Positions 1-8,548 of a DNA stretch of 32,000 nt are shown here, piece by piece. The stretch's first letter is position 1. Each line of letters begins with the position of its first letter. The translations under genes and the position numbers were made by a program. Location of the stretch: NCBI RefSeq assembly GCF_000010625.1, contig NC_010296.1, forward strand, positions 3,960,001-3,992,000, given 5' to 3'. The stretch is from Microcystis aeruginosa NIES-843. GTDB taxonomy: Bacteria > Cyanobacteriota > Cyanobacteriia > Cyanobacteriales > Microcystaceae. The notes beneath the pieces were generated by a model. That model made no database searches. It was given only the letters and a program-made list of their open reading frames with translations, and was not told the origin of the DNA.

Positions 1-126
1 CATAATCAATGCTCAAGCCCGGGATGACTCGATAGTGGTTCACGTTGAAAAAGCTCCCAATTCCATATCTTCGTTAGAAAGGCTTTGCTGCCATTTTAAT
101 TCACTTTCAATATCTTCTAGCAATTG

Positions 127-161
127 ATAATTCATAATTCATAATTCATAATTCATAATTC
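127..161. repeat. Heptanucleotide tandem repeat (ATAATTC) x5
   Basis: Read directly: ATAATTC occurs five times head to tail, followed by a degenerate ATACTCC. Confidence 0.9.
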
Positions 162-174
162 ATACTCCTTTTTC

Positions 175-867
175 TTATTGCGCCAATATTCTGACTAGCT
201 CTGCTTTCTTCATCTTGCTTAAACCAACGATTCCTTTTTCTTTGGCTAGAGTCTTTAATTCAGAAACAGTCTTGAGTTTGAGAGTTTCTTCTGAAAACTC
301 CTCAATCACTGCATCTTGTTGAGATTGAGGAGTGAGATAAAAGACAGTTTTGAGTAAATCTAATCCCTTCCCTTTTGTAATTCCACACTTGAGGGCAACA
401 ATTGAATCTAAACTCTTCCAGAATTGACGGGGAGCCTCATCAATCCTAGCAGTAGCAGTAGCTAATTTAATTGTTTTTAGTGGGCTATTCGGTTGTTCAA
501 TCAAGAACTGTAAAGCAGATTTAATTTCTTCTCTTGAAGCTGTTGACAGATTTAGTTTTGGGGTTTCTTCTCTTGCCAAAACTCTGGATATATTCCTAGC
601 ATCTTCTGTTCCATCGGCAATAATACACCAAATTCTTTCTAGTCCAGCCCTTTCAGCCACAGCATAAACAAATGAGTTGCCGATAACTTCATAGCGATCC
701 TCTGATAGTTCTTTCACGATTACAGGCAGCCAATTGCGTCCACCTGTCTGCTGTAATAGTTTAGCAGTAGCTTCAATTAAAAAACTATCAGCATCGGTCC
801 CATTGGTAATTTCTATTTCATCTAGGTATAGATACTTCAAAGTACCAATATCGGTATATTCCATCAT
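175..867 (-). CDS. ParB/Srx-like N-terminal domain protein with a C-terminal Rho-N/SAP-like motif
   Basis: 230-aa ORF. LPVIVKELSEDRYEVIGNSFVYAVAERAGLERIWCII resembles the ParB N-terminal fold, but the GxRR arginine motif reads GNSF. The C-terminal VSELKTLAKEKGIVGLSKMKKAELVRILAQ is SAP/Rho-N-like. The ATG overlaps the stop of the upstream ParA-like gene (ATGA at 864-867). Confidence 0.6.
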   Translation of the reverse strand: MMEYTDIGTLKYLYLDEIEITNGTDADSFLIEATAKLLQQTGGRNWLPVIVKELSEDRYEVIGNSFVYAVAERAGLERIWCIIADGTEDARNISRVLAREETPKLNLSTASREEIKSALQFLIEQPNSPLKTIKLATATARIDEAPRQFWKSLDSIVALKCGITKGKGLDLLKTVFYLTPQSQQDAVIEEFSEETLKLKTVSELKTLAKEKGIVGLSKMKKAELVRILAQ

Positions 868-2198
868 TGTAAAAAATACTCCTTTGCTAAGTCTTTGTAA
901 TAGTCATAAGCGGAACGATTTTTATAAACGGCTGGCACGCGAGCGAAAGCAGCACTGGCTATAATAGCGTATTCTGGCAGGTGATGAATATGTAAATCTT
1001 TTTTGGCATTAGTGTATCTGGGATAAAAATAGGGTAAAAGGGTTTTGTCATTTTTTAGTATTTGATTAATTTCTTTTTGGGCAAGCTCTAACTGTGGTTG
1101 AGTAATCTTCTCACCGTTGAAAAAAATTGGTAAGGCTATGGGAGTCCCATCTTTTTTTAATTTTTGCATTTGCGGCAGAAACTCCTTGATGGCAGTGGCT
1201 GCATTATTAAGGGAGAATGAATTGTTATGTTTTGTGGGTAAGAGGACAACATCGGCAGCATAAACAGCCAGCCGGCTAGTAAATCGCCAATTGGGAGCTG
1301 CATCTATAAAAATGTAATCATATTCATATCTAGCTAAGTCTAATTTTCTATGGAGAGTGGATATTGTCATTTTAGCATTATACTCCAATTCCGGATACTC
1401 TGCCATTTTAGGCTCAGCAGGAACAACATCGAAGGTAATTTGTAGTTTTGAATTCTTAAAAGTATAGGGACGAATCACTGATTTTAGTTCAATATTGCGG
1501 TCAGTTAAAGTCTTTTCTAGTAGGCCATCTTCTGGTTCGATATTTAGGATAGATTTAGTTAAATCTCGTTGATTAAAATCAAAGTCTAAAACTAGAACTT
1601 TTTTACCTAAAAAGGCAAGGAAAGCGGCAAGATTTACGGTTGTGGTGGTTTTGCCTATACCGCCTTTATTATTGTAAACAGTAACCGTTAATGCTTTGGG
1701 AGTATTGTCAATTTTTGTTTTGATCCGAGCTACAGTCTCATCAATGTTCTCAGGGGTTAGCTCTATGCAAGTAGTGGCAGGAAAAATGGTTTTACCATGT
1801 TTTCTAAATAACTGGATGTGTGAACTATTATTGATAATTCCCCATTGGGATGCTTGACACTTAGTCCCTAATAACTGACGCTTTAACTGATTGACAGTTG
1901 CCTTATAACTTGGACTATTTTCAGTTAGGTTAATATCTCTACCTTTTAACTCTATCAGCAGAAAAGGATTACTCTTTGTCTGCAAAAAAATATCCTTTTC
2001 TAGGTTTCTCCGAGTGGCAAAGTCGGTAATCCCACCGCCTCCCGTGTCGTACTGTGGAATTATCTCTGTGGTTGAAAATCCTAAATATGATATCAGGTAA
2101 GGTGCAAAGTTGGTGCTAACGATCGCTTCAGACGCATCTTGAGGCAAATGCTGAAGATAAGATTTGAGACTTGTTACTCTGGGGGTGTTATCTTTCAT
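864..2198 (-). CDS. ParA/MinD-family P-loop ATPase with an N-terminal PD-(D/E)xK-like (HsdR_N-like) extension
   Basis: 444-aa ORF. A deviant Walker A (YNNKGGIGKTTTTVNLAAFLA) and LVLDFD place a ParA core in the C-terminal ~270 aa. The N-terminal ~170 aa carries ITDFATRR...PFLLIELKGRD, a D...ExK nuclease-like motif. Confidence 0.75.
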   Translation of the reverse strand: MKDNTPRVTSLKSYLQHLPQDASEAIVSTNFAPYLISYLGFSTTEIIPQYDTGGGGITDFATRRNLEKDIFLQTKSNPFLLIELKGRDINLTENSPSYKATVNQLKRQLLGTKCQASQWGIINNSSHIQLFRKHGKTIFPATTCIELTPENIDETVARIKTKIDNTPKALTVTVYNNKGGIGKTTTTVNLAAFLAFLGKKVLVLDFDFNQRDLTKSILNIEPEDGLLEKTLTDRNIELKSVIRPYTFKNSKLQITFDVVPAEPKMAEYPELEYNAKMTISTLHRKLDLARYEYDYIFIDAAPNWRFTSRLAVYAADVVLLPTKHNNSFSLNNAATAIKEFLPQMQKLKKDGTPIALPIFFNGEKITQPQLELAQKEINQILKNDKTLLPYFYPRYTNAKKDLHIHHLPEYAIIASAAFARVPAVYKNRSAYDYYKDLAKEYFLQ

Positions 2199-2282
2199 TT
2201 CAGTTCACAAACTATAGACTAAAGTTAATGAATTACTGTTTTTTTGAGTATAACACCCCATCTCCTCAACCCCTAAACCATT

Positions 2283-2702
2283 ATGGAAAAATTAACTAAT
2301 CTCGATCGCATTGCTGAAGAAATTTTAGGTTTAATTCCGACAGAAACGGTTATCATTGCCGAATTTGACGGTGATAGTATTTATTATCGCGCGGGTGCGG
2401 GTAAAAACAGCCAGGCAATTGTGGGCAAAAGGGGTGATATTGCCACGTCGGGATTGTGTACGGTGGTTTACCGGGATAGTTGTCCGGTGGTGGTGGGACA
2501 AACTCTAGGAGATAATCGCATTCGTCAGGATATAGCGGTGGCTTTGGGGATAAAAACGGCTTTAGCTGTGCCAATTAGGGTTAATAATCGGTTATTTGGT
2601 GCAGTAATGCTTTTAAATCGTCTCGATGGTCAGGAATTGACCGATCGAGATAGTTTGTTAGTGGAGGAATATCTGAACTCGCTATTCAGAAATGAGGGAT
2701 AG
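2283..2702 (+). CDS. Small GAF-domain protein
   Basis: 139-aa ORF with a GAF-like pattern (AGAGKNSQAIVGKR...GLCTVV...ALAVPIRVNNRLFGAVMLLNR). The 3' end overlaps the convergent NDH-2 gene by 21 nt. Confidence 0.55.
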   Translation: MEKLTNLDRIAEEILGLIPTETVIIAEFDGDSIYYRAGAGKNSQAIVGKRGDIATSGLCTVVYRDSCPVVVGQTLGDNRIRQDIAVALGIKTALAVPIRVNNRLFGAVMLLNRLDGQELTDRDSLLVEEYLNSLFRNEG

Positions 2703-3875
2703 AAGGGGTTGGGTAATCCAGTTGAATGCTACGGCGATTTGATGGTTAAGGGTGGGCAGACGGTAGAGATAGACTAAGCGACGGGTAAGATGGGCAAGGG
2801 GACCGGCTAATTCTAGTCCTAAACCGCTAATGGCAGCTTCATCGACTCCGAGGGTCAACATTTCGCCTAAAGGTTGATAACGGAAGGGTAAAGCTGGTTT
2901 ATCGTGGAAACTCGCCCAAATATTCCAAGCGCAGTAGTCGGACTGTTGAAGGGCCACTTGGGCCGTGGCAGCGTATGGTTTATCCTCTTGGTCGCGACTA
3001 TCGGCCGCATCGCCGATCGCGTAGATGCTGGGGTTTTCGACAGTTTGTAAATATTGATTAACTTTTAGTAATTTGCGCTCACTATGTGCTATGGGCAAAT
3101 TAGCGAGCAGTGGGGAGGCGATCGGACTAACGGTCCAGAGAATTAGATCAACGGGGATATTGTCGATCTGTCCTTTGTAGTCAAGGGAGAGGCGATCCGC
3201 TTGGATGTCGGCGACGGTGGTTTCGAGGTCTAACCAAACTAGACGTTTTTCTAGGGCTTTTTTGGCGGTGTCGCGGTTAAATTGGGTTGAAGGGCCAAGT
3301 ATATCGCTATTTCTTTCGATCAGACGAATTCTTCCCCTTTCTCCGAGACGCTCGGCCAGCTTACAGGCTAATTCTACGCCGCTATAACCGCCCCCGATAA
3401 TGGCGACCCGAATTTTATCGCGATCGGATTGTTCTAGGGTTTTAAGTCGATCCCGAAGACGATAGGCATCCTCTAGACTACGAAAGGGGATAGCGTGGGT
3501 TCTGGCCCCAGGTAGGAAGTCAAGGGAGGATTGACCACCGAGGGCGATCACGAGGCGGTCATAGCATATATCTTTTTGATTGTCAAGGGTTATTTTATGA
3601 TTATTAACATCGATCGCCGTGACGGTTCCCTGTTGGAAGTCAACGGGGGTATTGGCGAGCAATTCGCTGAAAGGGGGAGCAATTTCCCAAGATTGTAGTT
3701 CTGAGGTGACTAATTCGTAGAGAAGGGGAGAAAATAAAAAGCGATCACTTTTATCAATTAAGGTAATTTGGGGGGGGTGTTGATCGGGCCAAGGCAATTG
3801 ACTCAAACGTAAAGCAGTATAGAGTCCACCAAAACCACCACCGAGAATACAAATTTTTGGGCTTGAGTCAGTCAT
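2682..3875 (-). CDS. Type II NADH dehydrogenase (NDH-2) family FAD/NAD(P)-binding oxidoreductase
   Basis: 397-aa ORF with two Rossmann GxGxxG motifs (ICILGGGFGGLYTA and VAIIGGGYSGVELA) and an AIGDAA motif near the C-terminus. Confidence 0.85.
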   Translation of the reverse strand: MTDSSPKICILGGGFGGLYTALRLSQLPWPDQHPPQITLIDKSDRFLFSPLLYELVTSELQSWEIAPPFSELLANTPVDFQQGTVTAIDVNNHKITLDNQKDICYDRLVIALGGQSSLDFLPGARTHAIPFRSLEDAYRLRDRLKTLEQSDRDKIRVAIIGGGYSGVELACKLAERLGERGRIRLIERNSDILGPSTQFNRDTAKKALEKRLVWLDLETTVADIQADRLSLDYKGQIDNIPVDLILWTVSPIASPLLANLPIAHSERKLLKVNQYLQTVENPSIYAIGDAADSRDQEDKPYAATAQVALQQSDYCAWNIWASFHDKPALPFRYQPLGEMLTLGVDEAAISGLGLELAGPLAHLTRRLVYLYRLPTLNHQIAVAFNWITQPLLSLISE

Positions 3876-3985
3876 ATCGATCGCTGAGGGTTTTGTTTCT
3901 TATTTTGACACTCCCTGCCGTAAAATGGACGGGGAACCTTAAACCCAAATTTTCGGTAAAGCGAGGAAAGAAAAATAGTTTTTAT

Positions 3986-4078
3986 TTATCTACTCAGCCA
4001 AATCGTCAGCAAAGCCATAATTGTAGCCAGAAAAAGGATATGATTCATCCAATCGTCGAAAGACCAATTTTTAAACAT
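3986..4078 (-). CDS. Candidate 30-aa single-pass membrane peptide (below the ORF-track cutoff)
   Basis: Own translation: MFKNWSFDDWMNHILFLATIMALLTIWLSR, with a hydrophobic core and an AAGGA-like sequence 8 nt upstream of the ATG. No homolog was recognised. Confidence 0.3.
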   Translation of the reverse strand: MFKNWSFDDWMNHILFLATIMALLTIWLSR

Positions 4079-4348
4079 AATTAGTTCCTTAAAATCTTAC
4101 TGCTCAACAGCTTACCTTAATTCCTGATAGAAGTGCTATCGGGTGCGGCCGGTTGACTGGGGCAATATGTTGAGATTAGGTCAACTACCTCGACCCGCTA
4201 CGCGCGATTGTCGAGGCCTCTGAACTCGGGGGGGAATGCCTCAAGACAGACTAGCTCCCATCTTTCTTTCGGACTTACACTAAATCCGGTTATTAAAGAC
4301 TGATTATTAGAGAGGAAAAACCTAACCAGAAGAATTTTTAGGTGAATC

Positions 4349-4639
4349 CTAATTGAGATGGGAGTCTTTGGGAATAACATCCAAACCGAGGAGAACCTTT
4401 TGAGTATTGGACATATCGCCGATAATTCTTTGTAGGGGTGGGGGAAGTTGTTTGACTAAAGTAGGAGTTACGAGAATTTTATCCTGTTCCGCTAATTGGG
4501 GCTGTTCGAGAACATCAATTATTTCTACTGTATAAAGATCGGATAACTCCTCGCGACAGATACGAAAAATATTGGCGATCGCCCTCTGGGATTTACTTGA
4601 ATCGCCCATAATGTAGAGTTTGAGAAGATATTGACTCAT
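4349..4639 (-). CDS. KaiB-like thioredoxin-fold protein (KaiB paralog)
   Basis: 96-aa ORF. YLLKLYIMGDS...SQRAIANIFRICREEL...YTVEIIDVLEQPQLAEQDKILVTPTLVKQLPPPLQRIIGD matches the KaiB family pattern. The start overlaps the stop of the upstream receiver-like gene (4636-4639). Confidence 0.8.
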   Translation of the reverse strand: MSQYLLKLYIMGDSSKSQRAIANIFRICREELSDLYTVEIIDVLEQPQLAEQDKILVTPTLVKQLPPPLQRIIGDMSNTQKVLLGLDVIPKDSHLN

Positions 4640-5502
4640 GATTGCGTGTTATTGAACAGTTTAATGTTGCTGAGACCGATATAGTATTTACGATAGAAAG
4701 AGACGAGATAACCCATCAATTCCAAGACCATGAGACGACCTTCGCTAACGTAGGCCTGCGCTTTGGCCAGGGTGACATCCTGATTTTTTTGGCGTAGGGT
4801 GGTGGTATGAATATCCACCACATCGCGAGGACTAGCTTTTAAGAATCCTAACTTATCGGCCAAGCTTCGCAGTCGTTCCGATAGATTATGTTCCACTTTG
4901 TATGCTTGTTCTTCTAAAGCTAAGTCTAATAACTCTCCGTAATTTTGGACTAATTCTTGAAAAATATCGGGAATACTCTGCTTTATTGCCTCAGAACCGA
5001 ACATTTTCGCCGTGATGCTAGTTTGTACTCCCTTGATTAACTGTTCCAGTTCGCGAAATTCCTCTTCCTGTTGTTGATGTTTAAGATTGAGGATATATTG
5101 CTGACGTTCGATCGCCACACGAATTTGATAGACTAAAAGACTACTATCGATATTATTTAACTGAATATAACCGTCAGCACCCAGTTGAAAGGCTTTAACG
5201 ACTAATTTCTCATCATTGCTAGTAGTTTGAACCACTATCGGTATATCAGAGGCTAATTCTCTGGTTTTGACTAGAATATTTAAGCCGGGGGGGACAGAGA
5301 TTTCCAAGCTTAAGAGGATGAGATCAAATTTCTCCCCTGCTAGTTTTTCGGCAGTTTGCTGTAGATCCTGAGCTTGGGTGAGGGTAAAAGTCAACCCCCC
5401 GGCCAGGGAACATTGGGGGGCCTTTAACAGCAATCTCTGGATTAATTTAACAGTCGTCGGTTCATCCTCTATCAATAAAATCCTACAGAGCTCCCTAGTC
5501 AT
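4636..5502 (-). CDS. Pseudo-receiver domain protein with a C-terminal RsbU_N-like helical domain
   Basis: 288-aa ORF with a CheY-like N-terminus (ILLIEDEP...FDLILLSLEISVPPG...IVVQTTSND...GADGYIQL). The phospho-acceptor Asp position reads Ser and the conserved Lys-Pro is absent. The C-terminus (ASPRDVVDIHTTTLRQK...) resembles the RsbU N-terminal domain. Confidence 0.6.
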   Translation of the reverse strand: MTRELCRILLIEDEPTTVKLIQRLLLKAPQCSLAGGLTFTLTQAQDLQQTAEKLAGEKFDLILLSLEISVPPGLNILVKTRELASDIPIVVQTTSNDEKLVVKAFQLGADGYIQLNNIDSSLLVYQIRVAIERQQYILNLKHQQQEEEFRELEQLIKGVQTSITAKMFGSEAIKQSIPDIFQELVQNYGELLDLALEEQAYKVEHNLSERLRSLADKLGFLKASPRDVVDIHTTTLRQKNQDVTLAKAQAYVSEGRLMVLELMGYLVSFYRKYYIGLSNIKLFNNTQS

Positions 5503-5610
5503 TGTTAATCGATCGCTAAAATTATCTTTTTTCCCCTACTTTCATAGTACGCCCATCTTTGGGAAACGCAAGGACAAAATCACCATCTAGCAGCTGCTAT
5601 CTCGAAGTCT

Positions 5611-5719
5611 TAAGTAGTCGTGCAAAATAAATTTCCTAGTGAAGAAAGGCACTCATGCACTCATGCAAGAGGCAAGGGGGGGGGTTAGATATGTGTAATT
5701 AATTTTGCTTAGGTACTTA
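5611..5719 (+). mobile_element. MITE-like element, short copy
   Basis: Imperfect terminal inverted repeats: TAAGTAGTCGTGCAAAATAAATTTCCTAG at the left and ATGTGTAATTAATTTTGCTTAGGTACTTA at the right. Both ends recur at 6208-6402. An internal GCACTCAT x2 microrepeat is present. Confidence 0.6.
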
Positions 5720-5802
5720 TTCTACCGCTTAGGCGCTCGCTGGGGGTTTTCTGTGGCCCTAAGTCGTCAAGTGAAGCATCACTTAAAAATTGATGATCAA
5801 GT

Positions 5803-6102
5803 TTACTGCCATTGAGCGTGAATGCTTGGATGGAGTAAACGCTCAACTGGTTGACCGTTTTTTAAATGTTCTTCGACAATCTGATTGACATCCTCTGGTT
5901 TAACACGACAGTACCAGGTTTCCTCGGGAATAATTCTCACCGTGGGGCTAGTGCTGCACTGTCCTTGACAACCGCTGGTCATAACGATGACATCTTCTGG
6001 GAGAGCTGCCGTTTGCCAAGCTAAAAGAAGCTCCGACGCACCCTGTACCAAACAGGAAGAATGCTGACAGACCATCACAAATCGCTTTTGGGGATAAGAC
6101 AT
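5803..6102 (-). CDS. Thioredoxin-like [2Fe-2S] ferredoxin domain protein
   Basis: 99-aa ORF with a Cys pattern VCQHSSC...SGCQGQC plus TWYCRVKPEDVNQIVEEHL, typical of the (2Fe-2S) ferredoxin-like family. Confidence 0.7.
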   Translation of the reverse strand: MSYPQKRFVMVCQHSSCLVQGASELLLAWQTAALPEDVIVMTSGCQGQCSTSPTVRIIPEETWYCRVKPEDVNQIVEEHLKNGQPVERLLHPSIHAQWQ

Positions 6103-6207
6103 ATTATCTAAAAAGTTGCAAAATTAGATAGTTCCCTGGGTATATTCTTGGGAATGGCTTTGAGGAAGCATATATTATATTTTGCCCCGAATCCCCGATA
6201 CTGGCAA

Positions 6208-6402
6208 TAAGTAGTCGTGCAAAATTAATTTCCTAGTCGAGACAGGAGACTCCGAGACTCCGAGACTCCGAGACGGGGGACTCCGGGACAGCTATCAGGG
6301 ATCAGATTTGAATTTTTAGTTCACTGTTTACTGGTCACAGCAAAAAGCTTTTGGCTGACGGGTGACGGCTTGGATGTGTAATTAATTTTGCTTAGGTACT
6401 TA
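6208..6402 (+). mobile_element. MITE-like element, long copy of the 5611-5719 family
   Basis: Same terminal sequences as 5611-5719 in the same orientation. The internal part differs and contains GAGACTCC x3-4 (6246-6290). Confidence 0.6.
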
Positions 6403-6481
6403 CAAAAAAGGGGGCGAAAAATTAACCATCAATCTTTAAAATAGAATTCGGAGAAAAATTTAGTCAATCAAGAGGGTAAAA

Positions 6482-7183
6482 GTGGCATTCGCTAGTCATT
6501 GGATCATGTTAGGTTTATTACTGGGTTTTGCTGTTGCCCATAGCGGATTAGCCAGTTTACGAACGCGGGGAGAAGCTATCATCGGTGCGCGACTGTATCG
6601 GGTATTATTTGCCCTTGTGAGTATCCCTCTAGCCGTGATTTTAGTAGTTTATTTCTTCAATCATCGTTATGATGGTTTGCTTCTCTGGCAAGTACAGGGA
6701 GTAACCGGAGTAAAAACCCTAGTTTGGATACTTTCGGCCATTTCTTTTTTCTTTCTCTATCCTGCCACTTTTAACCTGCTGGAGATCGCCGCTATCCAAA
6801 AACCGCAGGTTCATCTCTACGAAACCGGCATCCTGCGCGTTACCCGTCATCCCCAGATGGTAGGACAGGTGATCTGGTGTATTGCTCACACCCTCTGGTT
6901 AGGGACAAGCTTTACCCTATTAACTTCCCTGGGTTTAATTGCTCATCATCTTTTTGCCGTCTGGCATGGCGATCGCCGGTTAGAAGACCGTTACGGAGAG
7001 GCATTTTTAAAGATCAAAGAACGCACCTCAGTGGTCCCCTTTTTAGCGATTATCGATGGTCGGCAAAGCCTGAAATGGCAAGAATTCCTTCGTCCTGCCT
7101 ATCTAGGAGTAACAGGGTTTATTTTACTCCTCTGGTGGGCGCATCCTTGGCTAATGCAAGCAACAAGTAAAATTTATTGGTGA
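6482..7183 (+). CDS. NnrU-family integral membrane protein
   Basis: 233-aa multi-pass ORF with a GTG start. AHSGLASLRTR...RVTRHPQMVGQVIWCIAHTLW resembles NnrU/Z-ISO-like proteins. Confidence 0.65.
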   Translation: MAFASHWIMLGLLLGFAVAHSGLASLRTRGEAIIGARLYRVLFALVSIPLAVILVVYFFNHRYDGLLLWQVQGVTGVKTLVWILSAISFFFLYPATFNLLEIAAIQKPQVHLYETGILRVTRHPQMVGQVIWCIAHTLWLGTSFTLLTSLGLIAHHLFAVWHGDRRLEDRYGEAFLKIKERTSVVPFLAIIDGRQSLKWQEFLRPAYLGVTGFILLLWWAHPWLMQATSKIYW

Positions 7184-7271
7184 TTTTGCTCCCAACCCCT
7201 TTCCTGTTGATCCCGATTGGTGTAGAATGGTTTATATATCAAAATAAAGTTTTCATAAAATACGTTTAGAC

Positions 7272-7613
7272 ATGATACTATCTGTCAACGAAAAGAGCTT
7301 CCCTAAGCTAGTTTTAGAGTCTTCTCGTCCGGTTCTCGTGTATTTTTGGGCGCCTTGGTGTGGTTTATGTCGTTTAATCCAACCCACCCTCTTGTCTTGG
7401 CAAAATGACTGTCAAGGTGCGATTCAATTAGTAGCTGTCAATGCCGATGATAATTTTAAATTAGCTAATAGTTTTCGTCTGCGTAGTCTGCCTACTTTAA
7501 TTCTCTTCGATCAAGGTGTTCCCGTTCATCGTCTGGAGGAAATTCACAGTCGCGAGGAATTGCAACAAACCCTGCGACTAATAGTCAAAAATCAAATCCC
7601 GCGTTCAGCTTAA
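7272..7613 (+). CDS. Thioredoxin-family protein with an atypical WCGLC active site
   Basis: 113-aa ORF. VLVYFWAPWCGLCRL...LPTLILF fits the thioredoxin fold, with Leu in place of the usual Pro in the CxxC motif. Confidence 0.8.
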   Translation: MILSVNEKSFPKLVLESSRPVLVYFWAPWCGLCRLIQPTLLSWQNDCQGAIQLVAVNADDNFKLANSFRLRSLPTLILFDQGVPVHRLEEIHSREELQQTLRLIVKNQIPRSA

Positions 7614-7878
7614 GGGAAAGATATCTTTTCTGATGGGTTCTGTGGTTAAAATGTATTCTAAGATACGGTAACGCTGGTGGGTGAGTGGAACGAACCACTC
7701 CAGACACAGAGAACACAAAGATTGATCGCTCTTATATCAATTAAACTTATCACACAAAGAATAAGAGAGCCTCTGATGGGACTGGCAGAGATAATATAAT
7801 AGGACAAAAAGTAGATAATCTCAATTCCTAACACTCCCATAGTTCCCCCAGTTCAAAAAATTAGGAGGCTTGCAAAAA

Positions 7879-8535
7879 ATGCCGATTGGTGTGGCTGAAT
7901 TTGTCGAAAATCAGGAAACTCGCTGTCCTGTGGTACTACTACTAGATACCTCCGGTTCAATGCAAGGGGAACCGATTAAGGCTCTCAATGATGGCATCAA
8001 AACCTTTCAGGAGGACGTGATGCGGGATATCCAAGCGACGTTGAGCGTAGAAACCGCCATTGTTACCTTTGGTAGGGGAGGGGTTAAAACCGTGCAAGAT
8101 TTTGTCGGGATTGATCAATTTACGCCACCGACTTTAACCGCAGGAGACTTAACCCCCATGGGAAAAGCGATTGAATTGGCCTTAGATTTAATCGAAGATC
8201 GTAAAGCGATTTATAGAAATCATGGTATCCAATACTATCGCCCCTGGATATTTTTAATTACTGATGGTGCGCCTACGGATCAATGGAATCTGGCGGCGCA
8301 ACGGGTAAAACAAGCCGAAGCAGAAAATCGGGTTTTATTTTTTTCTGTAGGTGTTCAGGGTGCTGATATGGAGAAGCTCAAACAGATTTCTAATAATCCC
8401 CCCGTGTTACTCAATGGTTTAGATTTTCGGGATTTATTTCAGTGGTTAAGTAACTCAATGAAACGAGTTTCTGGTGGTAAAATTGGAGCGGCGATCACTT
8501 TACCACCAGTGAATTGGGGACAAATTACCACCTAG
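7879..8535 (+). CDS. TerY-like von Willebrand factor A (vWA) domain protein
   Basis: MIDAS motif in VVLLLDTSGSMQG, plus ITDGAPTD. I prefer the ATG at 7879 (AGGAGG at 7863-7868) over the TTG at 7870 used by the ORF track. Confidence 0.8.
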   Translation: MPIGVAEFVENQETRCPVVLLLDTSGSMQGEPIKALNDGIKTFQEDVMRDIQATLSVETAIVTFGRGGVKTVQDFVGIDQFTPPTLTAGDLTPMGKAIELALDLIEDRKAIYRNHGIQYYRPWIFLITDGAPTDQWNLAAQRVKQAEAENRVLFFSVGVQGADMEKLKQISNNPPVLLNGLDFRDLFQWLSNSMKRVSGGKIGAAITLPPVNWGQITT

Positions 8536-8548
8536 AGGACAGTTAATT

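Noticed and set aside
40-135. 31-aa minus-strand ORF (MNYQLLEDIESELKWQQSLSNEDMELGAFST) starting in the last heptamer repeat
   Set aside because: It is very short and sits at the window edge with no recognised family. The repeat copies upstream each give ATG followed quickly by a stop, so a phase-variation model is not supported.
7658-7840. 60-aa ORF in the thioredoxin-vWA intergenic region
   Set aside because: No recognisable motif or ribosome-binding site, and the composition is odd. It is probably non-coding, and I could not support an RNA gene there either.
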